Source: Thraustochytrium aureum
Taxonomy: Eukaryota
DNA length: 32,792 nt
Assembly: GCA_012862495.1 (NCBI GenBank)
Contig: BLSG01000133.1
Location: 13,039 to 45,830 of the forward strand
Direction of reading: 5' to 3'
Each line of letters starts with the position of its first letter. Position 1 is the stretch's first letter. Of this stretch, positions 31,901 to 32,792 are shown piece by piece. Under the pieces are notes generated by a model. The model saw nothing but the letters and a program-made list of their open reading frames with translations, searched no databases and had not been told where the DNA came from. The translations under genes and the position numbers were made by a program.

Positions 31901-32546
31901 AGTAGCGGGACAGGTTGCGGTCGTCGCCGCTGATTGAGACGATCGAGATGTGGCACATCTCGCTGGGCTCTGCGGTGTTTCCCACTTCGATCTCCATGCC
32001 AGGCTCTAGCGATATCCGGTCCCGCCAAACCGACTTGTTGATGCAGAGGACCACGCTGCGGCCGCCACGGCTGCTGCTCTCGATCGCCTCCTGTGTGAGC
32101 ATGTACCCGCCGGAAAAGCTCGGGAGGATGGAGACGCAGGCAGAGCCGAGCTCGTCGACCGCGTGCAGCTCGGGCCGCCGCCCAAAGGAATGCACGTTGG
32201 GGTCAAAGTGGCCACGGAGGCAGTCGCGCATCTCGACCTGCGGGTTCCAGAGGAAAGCTGGCGGCTTGTACTTGATTCCGCTCAAGGTGAGCCCTGACTC
32301 GCCGAGCTCGAGCACCTTGACGGCCCTGTCGCGCAGGCGCCCGCGCTGCTTGCGGGCGCGGTTGTAGTCGACTTGCTCAAGCCCGTTCACGACCTGCCAC
32401 TCGCCGTTCACCCATTGCCGGAAGGGAAACGAGTCCGACGACCCCGTCGCAACGAGGGTCACGGTGCCAGTGCATGTTCCTGTGAACGATGCCCGCGCCG
32501 CCTCGACCGAGTCGATCTGCACCGCCTTCGCGTTCGATGCGCTCAT
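28975..32546 (-). CDS. Large multi-FHA-like domain protein (~1190 aa) with C-terminal CaaX box (frameshift at 30601-30604)
   Basis: Clear FHA-like repeat CTIGSSPQCSVSVANDPLISPLHCRI...LIDAHSRTGTF...LQPGQRYLLG, plus weaker ones (SLGSSPLMTLSVKDPRMGRCHATI, FTIGGDRGCNIVL, SFGRRP). ORFs join as RRAQKGFVIS with one extra A. Ends GGGCGCTVM-TAG. Confidence 0.8.
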
Positions 32547-32621
32547 CTATGCTCTCGCTCCTCCACCGGGCCCGAGCGCCCCAGCCTCGTTGCGCCTCGT
32601 GCACCCACAAGCAAGCAAAAC

Positions 32622-32657
32622 CGAGCGAGCAAGCAGCGAGCGAGCGAGCCAGCGAGC
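32622..32657. repeat. Imperfect (GCGA)n tetramer tract upstream of the FHA gene
   Basis: CGAGCGAGCAAGCAGCGAGCGAGCGAGCCAGCGAGC. Confidence 0.7.
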
Positions 32658-32792
32658 GTGCACAACTCGGTGTGCAGGCCTCTCTGTCTGGCGCCTCACG
32701 CCCCACCCGCCCAGCAGCCAGCCAGCCGGCGTCTCGCCGCGTCGAGCGCCAGAGCGCGTCCCCGAGCTGCCTCTCGCCGTGCCCACCGTCGC

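Overview
Gene-dense, GC-rich, essentially intronless eukaryotic scaffold with nine N-gaps. A protist such as a labyrinthulomycete/thraustochytrid fits, but this is inferred from composition and gene style only. Twelve protein-coding genes are supportable: a secreted, probably GPI-anchored mucin-like protein with two fibronectin type II-like modules; an FtsJ-fold methyltransferase-like protein with a CCCH finger; an atypical aldehyde dehydrogenase; a DDX3/Ded1 DEAD-box helicase; a DHHC palmitoyltransferase; three unknown proteins (two with N-myristoylation-type starts); an ABHD-type alpha/beta hydrolase; SPT6; a SPIN90/Ldb17-type protein; and a multi-FHA protein ending in CaaX. At least seven genes are broken by single-base frameshifts (about 14 sites, mostly in short homopolymers). 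These are most simply sequencing errors, so the ORF track fragments the real genes. I saw no RNA gene, mobile element or CRISPR array, and I cannot demonstrate a new biological system. The best leads are the FN2-like surface protein with a hidden GPI-type tail, a CTAG-rich element after stop codons, the non-canonical methyltransferase-zinc finger fusion, and a local grouping of protein-lipidation genes.
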